This document shows, in pieces, positions 11,668 to 25,498 of a stretch of DNA of 64,000 nucleotides (the stretch's first letter is position 1; the number at the start of each line of letters is the position of its first letter). The notes beneath the pieces are model-generated. The model did no database searches and was not told the origin of the DNA. It was given only the letters and a program-made list of their open reading frames with translations. The position numbers were made by a program, and so were the translations under genes. Location: the NCBI GenBank assembly GCA_951406725.2, contig OX597840.1, positions 15,314,001-15,378,000 of the forward strand, read 5' to 3'. Source of the stretch: Octopus vulgaris. Lineage: Eukaryota.

Positions 11668-12107
11668 CTGGACCTAATGGTAGTTGTTATCATCATCATC
11701 ATCATCATCATCATTTCATTTCCTGTATTGTTTATTTATATATTTTAATGATTTAAGTCAGAGGAGGAAGAATAAATTTCCGTAAAACCCAATGGGGGTG
11801 GAGTGGAGGCTTTCATTACTGAAGGGAGGAGGTGGGTAGAGGAAAGGAGGGGGGAGGGAAAGGATGAAAGAGTGGGAAGATGTGTGGGTGGAAATGTATT
11901 CTCCGAGCAGTGACCTGGCTTGCAACAGAGCAGAAACGTGGCTGAAAAAGCAACCATCATGGATAGGGAAGAGGGTGTTGGTTAGGGGAAGGAGTTAGTG
12001 GAGGGGCTGATGACAGCAGGGGGTGCAGTTGATTGCAGCAAGGCTGGTGGGATTGATGGCAGTGGGTATGGCAATGATATATAAGTCTAAATGACATGGA
12101 GATGGTG

Positions 12108-12550
12108 GCAGCACATGACTCAGTGGTTAGAGTGTTGGACTCATGATGGTGAGATTGTGGTTTCAATTCCTGCACCGGGCAACGTGCAAAACACTTCATT
12201 TCATGTTACTCCAGTTCACTCAGCTGGAAAAAGTGAGTCATCCTGCAATCAGTGACTGGCATCCTATCCAAGGGGGAAATATATATGCCACAGAAACCAA
12301 GAAACTGGCCCTTATGAAACTAAATGGCTTGAGAATGGCAGAAGTGTGTGGCTTAGTGGTTAAGGTGTTGGACTCATGTTTGTAAAATTGTGGTTTCAAT
12401 TCATGGATTGGGCAATGCTGTGAGTTCTTGAGCAAGACACTTCATTTCATATTGTTCCAGTCCACTCAGCTGGCAAATATGAGTACTCCTGCGATGAACC
12501 AGCGTACAATCCAGTCATGGGAATTTACACGCTGTAGAAACTAGGAAACA
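12108..12550 (+). mobile_element. Two tandem tRNA-derived CORE-like SINEs (family B)
   Basis: Two heads (TGACTCAGTGGTTAG..GGTTTCAATTCC and TGGCTTAGTGGTTAAG..GGTTTCAATTC), each followed by ACACTTCATTTCA..CCAGT.CACTCAGCTGG. Confidence 0.65.
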
Positions 12551-12794
12551 GCTTTGTTCTTTATATGTGTGCGTACATGTTTGTATGTGTGAGGTAGAGA
12601 GGAGGCAAGTGTGTCTCCAGTCTTGTTGTTTCAGCTAAAATATTTCTAAACTGGAATATCTCTGTAATAGCTGCTAAATCTTCTCTCCTGTCAATACATC
12701 TTTGTCTATTTGTTTGTGTGTGTGTGTGTGTCTCTCCCTGTCTCTTTCCCCTCTCACTTCCCCCTTCTCTCTAGTACACATGTTTTGCTTTAAA

Positions 12795-12992
12795 ATATAT
12801 ATATATATATATGTATGCATGTATGTTATGTGTATATGTGTGTTTATATATATCTATATATATATATATGTATGTATATATGTATGTATATATATATATA
12901 TATATATATATCTATATATAGATATATATATATGTATATATATATATGTATGTGTATATATATATATGTATGTGTATATATATATATGTATG

Positions 12993-13057
<65 letters not shown>

Positions 13058-13274
13058 ATATATATATGTATATATATATATATTATATATATATATGTAT
13101 GTATATATATATATGTATATATGTGTATATATATATTCGTATATGTATATATACTTATTTATATATATGTGTGTGTGTGTGTGTATGTGTACATATATAT
13201 ATGTATATGTATTATATATATATGTATATGTGCATATATATATGTATATATATTTATATATATATATATGTATG

Positions 13275-13306
<32 letters not shown>

Positions 13307-13320
13307 TGTATGTATGCACA
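12795..13320. repeat. Compound TA/TG/TATG microsatellite block
   Basis: About 520 bp of low-complexity alternating purine-pyrimidine sequence. Confidence 0.9.
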
Positions 13321-13643
13321 CGTGTGTGTGTGAGTTAGTGTGTACATAGATTTATTGAATAAATCTGTCCATCTTTTCTGTTCTATTCAGTGAAACCCTT
13401 CAGTGACCAGTTCTGGTTATAGATGATCTTGGAATCTGTCTATAACATATTTGATCAGACAACACACTCTTATCGCACAAAAGCACACACACACGTCATA
13501 CATTCACTTGTTTCTTCACATGCACACATATTTATTGATACATTTCATTCAACACTCATACACAGAGAAATAAAAACACATACGCACACAGCTACAGACT
13601 CATATAAAAGACACCCAACATACATACATACATACATACATTC

Positions 13644-13679
<36 letters not shown>

Positions 13680-14159
13680 CATCATCATCATCATTTAACG
13701 TCCGCTCTCCATGCTATATATATATATATATGCAGATGTGTGAGAAAACTTACAGGAGGGGATAGAAATGTCACTTCTTGTCAGTTGTAGTTAAAAGGGA
13801 GATAATGAGATGGGGGGAGGGCTAATGGTGGTCATTGTCATTGTTGTGGTTATGGCAGTGATGGTTGTGATGAAGTTGATGATGATGAAAATGGAAGGAG
13901 TAGGAGGAGAGTTGGTGAGAGAGGTTATGAAAGTAGGAGAGAAAACATTAGATGAGGGAGGTGACAGGTAGGGTAAAGGAGAGAGAGGGGTAGTGGTGGT
14001 GGTTCTGATAGTGATAATGGCCATGTTGGTGGCATTGGAAGAGATGGAGAGAAGGGGGGGAGACTAAGTTGTTTCATCTTCTCGTTTGTCTTTTCTCGTC
14101 CCACCACACAACCCCTATTTATATCAATAGCCCTTAAAATATTCACCTGTATAGATATG

Positions 14160-14875
14160 GATGTGATGACAAACAGTTTGAATGATGTGATAACAGACTG
14201 TTGTGATGACAGATAGTTCTGATGATAGAATGTTTTAATGACTGTTGAGATAAAACAGTGTTGTGATGACAGATTGTTGTGACGACAAATAGTACCAGTA
14301 ACAGTTTGTTGTGATGACAGATTGCTGTGACGACAAACTGTTGTGATGACAACCTGATGTGATGACAGATGGTACTGACACCAGTCTCTTGTTATGACAG
14401 ACTGGTATAATGACAAGCTGTTGTGATGATATTGTTGTATAACAAACTATTGTGATGACAGACTGATGTTATGATTAACTGTTGTGATTACAGGCTGTTG
14501 TGATGACAGACTGATGTAATGGCAGATAGTTCTGATGACAGAATGTTGTAATGACAGACTCTTGTGATGACAAATAGTACTGACACCAGTCTGTTGTGAT
14601 GACAGACTGGTATATCGACAAATTGTTGTGATGATATTGTTGCAATAGCAAACGATTGTGATGACAGACTGATGCAATGATAACTGATGCAATGATAAAC
14701 TGTCATGATGACAGGCTGATGTAATGACAGATAGTTCTGATGACACAATGTTGTAATGACAGACTGGTATAACGACAAACTGTTGTGATGACAGACTATT
14801 GTGATAACAGATGTTGTGATGACAAACTGATGTGATGACAGATTGTTGCAGTGACAAACATATGTTGTGATGACG
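14160..14875. repeat. Minisatellite of ~13-16-bp units (TGTTGTGATGACAGAC) with a 205-bp higher-order period
   Basis: Distinct variant units recur 205 bp apart: 14371/14576, 14401/14606 and 14525/14730. Confidence 0.85.
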
Positions 14876-15558
14876 CACTGCTGGTGAAATAAATGAATGA
14901 TTTAATGTAAGAAAGTAATTTAAAGCCAATTCCCCTACTTTATCTTCTGGAATCTGTCATCATCAGACAGGCAAGACACTCCATCCCGAGGTCAGCATCA
15001 TCGCTGTCCATCTTGATAAGATAGTCTCACTATATAGAAACTGTTCAATATGATGGTACCCTCTGGATAAATGACACCCAATACTAATATAATGTGACAA
15101 TGGATGACCTGAAAGAAACTGAAAGTGACCCACCCCCTCCTCACACACACACACCCCTACCAACTCTATCTGAACTGGGAACTAGTTCATCTTCTCCTTC
15201 TCACCAATCTAACCATACCCTACATATCCAATAATTCTAAGTGTCTTCATTACACTGACCTTGACAAATCTTTTTGGTTGGTATCTGCAATAATGGCAAA
15301 TTATTTTATTATAGCAAATCAATTTGTGTTTACACACACACAAACACATCCACACACCTGGCTATGATGATGATGATGATGATGATATACATATGCACAG
15401 ATAGACATAATATACACATACATATCTCAATGAGATAGTCCATTATATCTATTTCTATCGTCTATCTATCTATCTTTCTATCTGTATATATATATATATA
15501 CATACATTTATGAGTTTCTGTTGCAAGATTCCTGATGTGAAGTCATGTGTTGAAACAG

Positions 15559-15808
15559 ATATTGTTGTATTTCAAAATGGTTGTTTTCTTTTTCTTTTTT
15601 TTTTTTTGTTTTTGCCAAATAAACACACGCACTATATATTCATTCTTCACTCGTTTATAACTGTTCTTATTCTAACTCATGTCCATTGTCCAGACAATGG
15701 CCATGGTTTAGAATAAGAACAGTTATAAATGAGTAAAGAACGAATATATAGGGCGTGTTTTTATTTGGCAAAAACAAAAAAAATGACCATCCTGAAATAC
15801 AACAATAT
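15559..15808. repeat. Foldback palindrome (~120-bp arms, 2-nt loop)
   Basis: Centre CCATTGTC-CA-GACAATGG at 15683-15700; the arms give near-identical peptides on both strands in the ORF track (15510+ and 15667-). Confidence 0.9.
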
Positions 15809-16169
15809 ATATATGTGTGTGTGTATACACACACACATATATATATACATATGTATATACATATACATATGTGTGTGTGTATATATACTATTTCTCTCAT
15901 TTTTCTCTCTTTCATGTTTGTGTCCCCATCTGTGTGTGTGTATTTTATCTTTGTTTTTGTTATTTTTCCAATCTCTTTTCCTCCACTTTGTTTCTGTTCG
16001 TTGTCACCATCACCACCATCATTCATGTATCAATATTACTATTATTATTATTATTATCAATTAAATAAATACCAGTTATGCACTGGGGTCAGTTATCCCC
16101 TTCCCCAAGCTGCCCTTGTGGCAAAAATTTTAAATCATTATTATTATCATTATTATTATATTTATTAAT

Positions 16170-16380
16170 GTGGTGAGCTGGCAGAACCGTTAGCATGCCA
16201 GGCAAAATGCTTAGCAACATTTCATCTGCCGCAATGTTCTGAGTTCAAATTCCACCAAGTTCAACTTTGCCTTTCATCCTTTAGCATCAATGAAATAAGT
16301 ACCAGTTGAATCCTGGAGTTCATGTAATCAACTTATCCCTTCCCAGAAATTTCAGGCCTTGTACCTACGGTAGAAAGGAT
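16170..16380 (+). mobile_element. Meta-domain SINE (family M)
   Basis: GGTGAGCTGGCAGAACCGTTAGC..GAGTTCAAATTCC..GCCTTTCATCCTT..AAGTACCAGTT, followed by (TAT)n. Confidence 0.8.
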
Positions 16381-16587
16381 TATTATTATTATTATTATTA
16401 TTATTTAAGGCTGTGAGCTGGAACAATCATGTGCCAGGTGAAATAAAGTGTCTTGCTCAAGAACACAACACGTAGCCCAGTCTGGAATTCGACAACCAAT
16501 GCTAGTCTGTTTACATACTTGTCACCTTGTGGTTCGGCAAAAGTGACCCATAGAATAAGTTCTAGTTACTGAAATGAGTAAAAGAAT

Positions 16588-16948
16588 AGCACCATCAGAG
16601 CGTGATCATTGCGAGAGCGACTATCTGGCCTCCGTGCCGGTGGCACGTAAAAGACACCATTCGAGTGTGATCGTTACCAGCATCGCCTTACTGGCACCTG
16701 TGCCGGTGGGATGTGTAAAAGATTCGAGCGAGGTCGTTGCCAGTACCACCTGACTGGCCCCGTACCGTTGGCATGTAAAAGTACCCACTACACTCTCGGA
16801 GTGGTTGGTGTTAGGAAGGGCATCCAGCTGTAGAAACTCTGCCAGATCATGATTGAAACCTGGTGCAGCCATCTGGTTCGCCAGCTCTCAGTCAATCGTC
16901 CAACCCATGCCAGCATGGAAAGCAGTCATTAAACGCTGAAGATGATGA
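16588..16948 (+). mobile_element. RTE 3' UTR copy
   Basis: Three ~65-bp internal units, the terminal motif and a (GAT)n tail. Confidence 0.8.
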
Positions 16949-17115
16949 TATATATATACATTCATATGTATGTATATGCATACACGACCATAGATACTTA
17001 TATACTGAATTCCTTCTATTGTAGAAACTGCAACACTACATACAGCTTAGCCACTGCTATATGTGTGTGTGTGTGTGTATGTATATATATATATATATGT
17101 ATATAAATATGTACT

Positions 17116-17170
<55 letters not shown>

Positions 17171-18157
17171 AAAGAGAGAGAAACAGACCAACATACAGAT
17201 AGATAGACAATCCTATACACAACATACATCAGATGCATGTATTTGTGTATGTGTGTATACTGCATATATATATATACACCCACACACAAACACACACATG
17301 CATGCACCTGTGTGCATGTGTGTTTGTGTTTGCTACAACCGTGGAACTCTGTTAGTCTAAGTACATAGGTGTGGAGTAAAGTTGAGTGGAGAGTATTAGC
17401 AGGAGAGTTAGAGAGATGAGGTAGGAGGCAAAAGAAAAAAAGGTGAGAGATAGAGGTGGGGGGAGGGAGAGATAAATGTATTTATATAGAGAGAAAATAT
17501 ATATATATGTATATATAGAGAGAGAGAGAAACAGAGGGAGAGCAAGAGAGATAATAACAACAGAGGTAGAGAAAGATAGTGATAAATGTAGAGAGAAAGA
17601 TTAAAAGACAGAAAAAGAAGGAGAAGGAGAGAGGGAAAGAGCATAAGGGAAAGAGGAAGAGAGAGAAAGAGAAGCAATTTAGCTCAGTTGCAATTTAAGC
17701 GAAATCCTTAAAGTGCAGTTGCACTTCAAACAATTTCACATGTTGATTCAGAGTTATTGGTGGAGATGGTGGTTCTAGTGACCAATCTCGGGGCTAAATG
17801 CAAGGGTTTGGGAGCAGGGGTAGAGGATGTGTGTTTTTTTGTTTCGTTTTGTTTTGTTTTTTTATTCCCTTTCTAATGCTTTTAATTTCTCAAAACTAGC
17901 AGATTGGTGTGTGCATGCCTGGGTGTACATATGTGTGTATGTTTGCATGTGTGCATGTATGTGTTGAGGTGTACATATGTGTACGCGTGCCTCGGTGTAT
18001 TTATGTGTGTTTGCACCTGTGTGTGCATATCTGTATGTGTGTCTCTGTTTTTTTGTGTGTTTGCATGTGTCTACTATATATGCATGTACATGTCTTCTAT
18101 ATGTGTGCATGTAAGCATATGCATGTCTGTGTGCATTTATGTGAATGCATGTGCAAT

Positions 18158-18198
<41 letters not shown>

Positions 18199-19067
18199 CT
18201 GATTCCAACTACAAAGATATTTATTTTCTGAATTGCTTTCAACTGGTTTTTGGTGAACCTGTGTATATATATGTATTTGTGTATATACATCACAGTCTCT
18301 ATGTACTTATATGCATGTGTATATACGTATGTGCGTATATACATATACAGTTGTTTATGTATGCACATATATACAAATGTGTGTGTGTGTGTATGTATAT
18401 ATGCCCATATTTTTGTGTACATATGTGTTTTTATGTATACTTGTTATGTTACATTCTACATTATTGGAATTCTTCTGATAAACAAGTAACTGGTTCCTGA
18501 CCAAGAAACAAACCACCATCACTAGAATTTAGATAACTATAACAGACAGGAGTTGCATGTCAAACTTTAGAAAAGTCTTATATATTTTCACTGTTCCAGA
18601 TTTTATTTGTATGGTATGTGTGTGTTAATGGGTCAGTATCTTTTTACCTGAAAATCACAGCTTTTTGAGATTATCACAGACATTTACTAACATAACCCCT
18701 TGTTTGTGTGTTTATAAACAGCAGATTTTTCAAATTGTTCAAGCATTAATTTGATTAATTTGGATTTATTAAAGCCATAAACCACAGTTTTTAAACCCTG
18801 TGATGCACCTAGATATTCCTAAAGGTCATCGTTTGGAACTCTTTGTTGAAATGGTAATCTCAGAAAGTTGTGATTCTCATAGAAATTAGTTTGTAGGAAC
18901 CTTGAAAATTTAGTGAAAATTTATAAGAATTTTCCAAAATTCCAAATAGAATGCTTCATTACTGTTTCTAAACCCTACTAATGAGGATTTTTTCCTTTTT
19001 GTCAGAAACCAATTCCTCCATTAATAGGAAGAATCTAAGTAAATAATAAGGAAAGATATCATACACA

Positions 19068-19101
<34 letters not shown>

Positions 19102-19139
19102 GATATGTAGAAATATAAATATATACACAGATATATACA

Positions 19140-19493
19140 GTTATCCATGGTTGACTGTTTGCAAACATAGGGGAAGGATAAAAACTCTCTTTGGTTATGA
19201 ATAACAGGGGATTGAACCTAGAAATACCCCCTCTGAGACACAAGTCCAGCTAATGTTGTTCATGGAAGACCAGCACTCTCCCATGCATACCAGCCTCCCA
19301 TCTCCATGCCACCAATGTTATCCTAAAGAAAAGCAAACGCCAGTACAGCTTGGCACCAGTGATGTCGCAACCCTGTGAACTGGAGCAACCTGAAATAAAA
19401 CGTCTTGCTCAAGAACAAAACGCACAGCCCAGTCTGGGAATCAAACTCACTACCTCACAATTCTGAGCTTGATACTCTTACCACTGAGCCATT
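19140..19493 (-). mobile_element. Family B SINE
   Basis: Homologous to 26272-26612; A box TGGCTCAGTGG on the minus strand. Confidence 0.7.
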
Positions 19494-19529
19494 GAATACA
19501 CACATATCAACTGAAGGAGTATAAGTGGA

Positions 19530-19955
19530 ATATTTATTTCTTTATTGCCCACAGGGGGCTAAACATAGAGGGGACAAACAAGGACAGACAAAGGGATAAA
19601 TCAATTTCATCGATCCCCCCTCCCCCAGTGCGTAACTGGTACTTATTTAATTGACCCCAAGAGGATGAAAGATAAAGTCGACCTTAGCAGAACTTGAACT
19701 CTGAACATAAAGACAGACAAAATACTGCTGAGGATTCCACCTGGCATGCTAACGATTCTGCCAGCTTGCTACCCTTATAATAATAATATTCTTTTCTACT
19801 CTAGGCACAAGGCCCGGTTTTGGGGGGAGGGGGCCAGTTGATTGCAACTGGTGCCTAATTTATTGACCCTGAAAGGATGAAAGGCAAAGTCGACCTTTAA
19901 CTGCAGACGAAATACCGCTAAGCATTTCGCCCAGCATGCTAACGATTCTGCCAGC
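19530..19955 (-). mobile_element. Two family M SINEs with different 3' tails
   Basis: Both have the Meta core. 19530-19775 ends TTTAGCCCCCTGTGGGCAATAAAGAAAT; 19790-19955 ends GCCTTGTGCCTAGAGTAGAAAAG. Confidence 0.75.
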
Positions 19956-20824
19956 TCTACACTAAAATTTCCACCATGTTTAAGCATAAAAGACTTGATT
20001 GAGTTGTAGGGGATAAAAAAGGAAAAGACCATATACAAACATAGATGTTAGCTGTCCTCCAGATGTGACCATCTCTTTGAAAATTAGTGATAAAAAGAAT
20101 ATTTATGCACAACAGCTTCAAAACCACTTCTCTATCCTGATTGTAAATAAACATTTATATCAGGTTTTCTGCTACTCATTCTGCCCACCCCTCCACACAC
20201 ACACACACTTTAGTCATGCTTCCTTCGCAATATCCTGCCACTTACATTATGGTATTTGATCCTCAAGGGTATTCCCTGGCACTTGCCACCATCGATATCT
20301 CTCTCTTCCTTTACTCAACCATCCCATTTATATTCTGATCCCTATCCCTTGTGAATATGCCCAGCACTTTGCCACCATCTCTATCCTGTTGTCTCCCGCT
20401 CTCTCTCTCTCCTTCTCCCTCAAATTGGGAACCATGTATTTCCTTTGTGGCAGCACACCTGTTTTTGTCTTCATTCCTGATCTCTCTCTCTCTATCTATT
20501 TATCTATCTTTTTTTTTTTTTGCTTTTCTTTTCAGGATCTCTTTTGATCGGAATTTGACCCACTTTTTTTTCCTTCTCTTCTTCCCAAAAAGAAAAGCTC
20601 TACTTTGTATTTTGTCCCTTCTGTGTTCAGCCGAGCATGGCCAATAAGGAAATCCATCTATCCATCCATCCATCCCAGTAACCTTGTACCTCCTTTACAG
20701 CAAGACACCTGTTTATGTCTCTCTGTCTCACTATAACCGTTCATCATCTAAAACAAGATCGCCCCCTCCCTCTCAAAAAGAGATTTTTTTTTTTGTCTTG
20801 CGAGGTACTTGGTGACCCTGTCTG

Positions 20825-21127
20825 TGTAGGTGCCACTTAAAAAGCACCCAGTCCACACTGTAAAGTGGTTGGCATTTGGAAGGGCATCCAACTGTAAAAA
20901 CCTCACCAAAACTGACCTCACTTGTGCTTGTGCCACATAAAAAGCACCAAGTCCACTCTGCTGGGTAGTTGGTGTTAGGAGAGACATTTGGCTGTAAAAA
21001 GCTTTCCAAAACAGTCACATGAATCTAGTGTTGGCTTCTGCCTGGCCACCTCGTGTCAAACCATCCTACCCATGCCAGCATGGATGGCAGACATTAAACG
21101 ATGGTGATGATGATGATGATGATGATA
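20825..21127 (+). mobile_element. RTE 3' UTR-related copy (older subfamily)
   Basis: GTGCCAC.TAAAAAGCACC units, GGAAGGGCATCCA, CCCATGCCAGCATGG and a (GAT)n tail. Confidence 0.65.
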
Positions 21128-21351
21128 ATGTTTACAATGATGATGACCAGTAATCAATTGGTGTCCTACTTGGTTATGTTAGCAAGGGATTATGTTAGTA
21201 AATGTTTAAATGACAATCTGAGAAAGCTGCCAGTTTCAAGGCATGGAAACTAACACACAATTTGGTTCTATATTTAAGAGATGAGGAATTATGTACATTA
21301 TTTACATTATTTACATTTGACGGATATTTGTTCTCATCTTGTTTTTTGTTA

Positions 21352-21395
21352 ACACAACATTTCAGCTGATATACTCTCCAGCCTTCATCAGGTCT
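21352..21395 (-). ncRNA. Minimal type-I hammerhead motif with an intact CUGAUGA/GAAA core in a PLE-like end
   Basis: Minus: AGAC-CTGATGA-A-GGCTG-GAGAGTATAT-CAGCT-GAAA-TGTT-GTGT. Restoring two CpG transitions gives CAGCC-GAAA-CGTT with palindromic stem III. Confidence 0.7.
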
Positions 21396-21619
21396 CTTGG
21401 GGGAATTTTGTTGTCCCATTTTTGTATCACCTAACTTTCCACATGTTTTGTGTCCTTGTCCCATTTTGTATTTTTTATATATATATCATAAGGGTGGCTT
21501 GTTATTGTCAGTAAATAAGACAGTGGGTTATTGTGACTATGAGTTGTTTTGACTCTTATTTCTAGCAATACTGGTGCTAAATAGAGCCCTCAGTTGCTTT
21601 AGTGACAAATATATATATA

Positions 21620-21990
21620 TTCTTTTACTTGTTTCAGTTATTTGACTGCGTCCATGCTGGAGCACTGCCTTTAGTTGAAGAAAACGACCCCAGGACTTAT
21701 TTTTTGTAGGCCTAGTACTTATTCTATTATTCTCTTTTGCCGAACTGCTAAGTTACAGGGACATAAACACACGAACATCGATTGTCAAGCAATGATGGGA
21801 GAACAAACACACACACACACATTTACACAATAGGCTTCTTTCAGTTTCCATCTAGCAAATCCACTCACAAAGCTTTGGTTGGCCTGAGGCTAAAGCAGAA
21901 GACACTTGCCCAAGGTGCCACGCAGTGGGACTGAACCCAGAACCATGTGGTTGGGAAGCAAGCTTCTTACCACACAGCCACTCCTGCACC
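21620..21990 (-). mobile_element. Family A SINE
   Basis: Reverse complement of the full family A architecture. Confidence 0.8.
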
Positions 21991-22041
<51 letters not shown>

Positions 22042-22379
22042 ATGTTTGTATATATTACACAAGTATGAGTAATAAAAGAGTGTATGCTGTAGTTTTCTAG
22101 ATTATATTTTTTTTTTAAAAAGATTTCAGCTTTAAAACATTTTCTTTTCGTTTTTAAACATCCCATGTGAAATGAACCAATAAATACATATATTCTCCAT
22201 CCATAATGCCTCAGTAAATATTTTCACTTTATATCTGGTTCTCCATTAACTCAGAAATATTAAGCTTCACAGTTTTAGAGATTTTAATAACCAAGTGCAA
22301 TAATGATTGTCAGGTAGGAAGGAATGTCAATCTGTGTAGGCGGATAGCTGTGAGTTTTTGAAACAGTTGACTACAGATA

Positions 22380-22806
22380 GGTGCAAACGTGGCTGGGTGG
22401 TAAGAAGCTTGCTTCACAGTCACACGGTTCCGGGTTTAGTCCCATTGTATGACACCATGGGCAAGTGTTTTCTGCTATAGCCTTGTGCTGACCGAAGTCT
22501 GTTGTATATATAAATGTTTGTGTGTGTGTGTTTGTGTGCATGAGTGTTTACATGTATGTTTTGTGTATGTGTGTGTGTGTGTGTGCCTTTGTGTCTGTGT
22601 TTGTCCCCCACCACTGCTTTGATAACTGGTGTTGGTGTGTTTACATCCTTGTAACGAAGCAGTTTAGCTAAAGAGACCGATAGAATAATTACCAGGTTTT
22701 TTAAAAGTTCAAAAGTACTGGCATTAATTCATTCATCTAAAAATTCTAAAATTCTTCAAGGAGGTGCTCCAGTATGGCCGCAGTCTAATAACTGAAACAG
22801 ATAAAA
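22380..22806 (+). mobile_element. Family A SINE
   Basis: Head, body, (TG)n and 3' half. Confidence 0.75.
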
Positions 22807-23291
22807 AAAGAAAGAGAAAATTCTTCTTATTTATTTTAAAAGAAAATTTTACGTTGCCCGAGCAACTGACCTCTATAACTGCATTATTATGGTTTCCTGC
22901 CTCAAACAGCTATGAGGCCATGTTCACCTTCCATTTGACAAAAGTTTCCGTGGAAACGGTCCATGAATATTCTTTGTATTGAAACTTATGAATAAACTTG
23001 ATAGGTGTTCATGTAGGTATGTCTGTATGTATGTGTAAATATGTGTGAGTATGTGTGTGTGTGTGCATGTGGGTGTTTGTGTGTGTTTGCGTGTATATGT
23101 TTGTGTGTTTGTGCATGTGTGTTTGTGTGTGTGTGTGTTACGTGAATGCTGGGTTTTTAGATTAAATATCTTTTCTTCATTGATGATGGTGAGGTGTGAC
23201 TTGACGATTTGGCTGCTATTTCTTACAAATTGACCAACAATATAGAAGCTCTTACATCAGGCTCATGTGCATATGTCTGTATGCATTAGTA

Positions 23292-24042
23292 TCATCATCA
23301 TCAACATCATCTTTTAACATCTGTTTTTCATGCTGGCATGGGTTGGAAGGCTTGACCAGAGCTGGCAAGCTGGAGAGCTGCACCAGGTTCCTGTCTTATT
23401 GGCTCAATTTCTATGACTGGATGCCCTTCCTAATGCCAACCACTTTACGAAATGTGGACACATGCTTTTTGTATGGCGCTGGCATGACTGCCTGCTATGT
23501 GGCCCTTCACGGGTGCTTTTTACATGGCTCATCACAAGGCTCTTGCAAGGCAAACACCCCTTCAGGTGGGGGTGGGGGGTTAACACTTCTTCTGTGGAGG
23601 GTGGGTCTTCTTGAATACAGCAAGGTGCCAGATATCTCAGTCCATTGTCACCTCTTTTAGAAGGCTCAGTGTCTTTAGTACTTTGTCCCATGTATTCTTG
23701 GGTCCCCCTCTTCCACAAGTTTCATCCACTTTCACTGCTCGGCACTTCTTCATCCAACTATCCTTGTACATACACATCATATGACCAAACCAGCACAGTC
23801 TTCTCTTTTGCACACTGCATCTAATTCTTCTTTAGGCCTAACTTTTCATTCAAAACACCCTGTTACACATGTACACTTAAAACAAACTGCACATTCAGCA
23901 ACGCATACCAGCCTTATTCCTCTCTAACCTTTGCATGTCTTCTGCATTCAGGGCCCACATCTCACTACCATGTATTGCTGTCTGTATACATGCATTATAC
24001 ATACTTCATTTCACTTGGAGAGCGAGATCTTTTGGTTGCAAC
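23292..24042 (-). mobile_element. 5'-truncated RTE LINE (degenerate ORF end, 3' UTR and (GAT)n tail)
   Basis: Minus: LQVK*SMYNACIQTAIHGSEMWALNAEDMQRLERNKAGM..RRL.WFGHM, homologous to 32250-32839. Confidence 0.8.
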
Positions 24043-24043
24043 A

Positions 24044-24080
<37 letters not shown>

Positions 24081-24154
24081 CTCCCTGAATGCTGTGGTCT
24101 AATTATACTACAACATCACAATATTGGGTACTCTGCAATGTCTTCAATAATAAT

Positions 24155-24368
24155 AATCCTTTCTATTATAGGCACAAGGCTTGAAATTTGGGGGAGGGGA
24201 ATAGTCAATTACATCGACTCTAGTACTCAACTGGTGGTTAATTTATCAACCTTGAGAGGATGATAGGAACAGTCGACCTTGGTGGAGTTTGAACACAAAA
24301 CGTAGAGACAGGAGAAATACTGCTGAGCATTTCATCCACATGCTAACAATTCTGTCAGCTCACCATCT
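24155..24368 (-). mobile_element. Family M SINE
   Basis: Meta core and head on the minus strand. Confidence 0.7.
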
Positions 24369-24802
24369 TGTCTTCAATAATAATGATGGTGGTGGTGATG
24401 ATGATAATGATATTATCATAGGAGACATCATGATAATGATATCATCATGAGAGGCTTTATTTGGGCCAAACTTTTCTCTCCCACCTCACCACTTCCTACA
24501 CATCTTCTTGTCTGCCTTATCAACGCATCAGTCAAAGACACACAAGTGGAGTGTGATATTTGCCAAAGATTTCCTGCTAACATTTACAGTTTAGAAGACA
24601 GGAAGAAGAGTGGCAATAACAACACTAATTGAAAAAAAAAAACAAAAAAAACAATACTTTACAACAACAGGTCTAGCTAGGGCATCACTTGAGTCACTAG
24701 AAACAGCAGCTAAAGCTATGTGTCATTACTGAATTGATCATAAAGGAAGGATACATTAGATAATTTGGATGATATATATATATCAGGGGTGGCTGTAGGG
24801 TA

Positions 24803-25146
24803 GGCGCAGGAGTGGCTGTATGGTAAGAAGCTTGCTTCCCAACCATATGGTTGCGGGTTCAGTTCCAACAAAAACCTTGTGAGTGGATTTGGTAGACAGA
24901 AACTGAAAGAAGCCTGTCATATATATATATATGTGTGTGTGTTTATGTATGTGTCTGTGTTTGTCCCCCTACCATTGCTTGACAACCGATGTTGGTCTGT
25001 TTATGTCCCCATAACTAAGCAGTTCAGCAAAAAGGGTCCGATAGAATAAGTACTTGGCTTAGAAAGAATAAGTCACGGGGTCGATTTGTTTCACTAAGGG
25101 TTGTGCTCCAGCATATTTGCAGTCAAATGACTGAAAGAAGTAAAGG
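24803..25146 (+). mobile_element. Family A SINE (internal deletion)
   Basis: GGCGCAGGAGTGGCTG head with GGGTTCAGTTCC B box; 3' half present. Confidence 0.75.
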
Positions 25147-25164
25147 AATGTATATATACATACA

Positions 25165-25225
<61 letters not shown>

Positions 25226-25226
25226 T

Positions 25227-25258
<32 letters not shown>

Positions 25259-25283
25259 GTATGTATTTATATAAATATATGTA

Positions 25284-25325
<42 letters not shown>

Positions 25326-25339
25326 TAAATATATGTATG

Positions 25340-25376
<37 letters not shown>

Positions 25377-25420
25377 CATATATATATATATATACACATA
25401 TATAAATATATGTATGTATT

Positions 25421-25474
<54 letters not shown>

Positions 25475-25498
25475 AGGTTGAAAAGGAACGAGTTGACA

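Noticed and set aside
14447-14929. 160-aa Ser/Cys/His-rich ORF
   Set aside because: It is a translation of the minisatellite.
18575-18965. Possible DNA transposon fragment
   Set aside because: No matching TIR pair, TSD or coding motif identifiable by eye.
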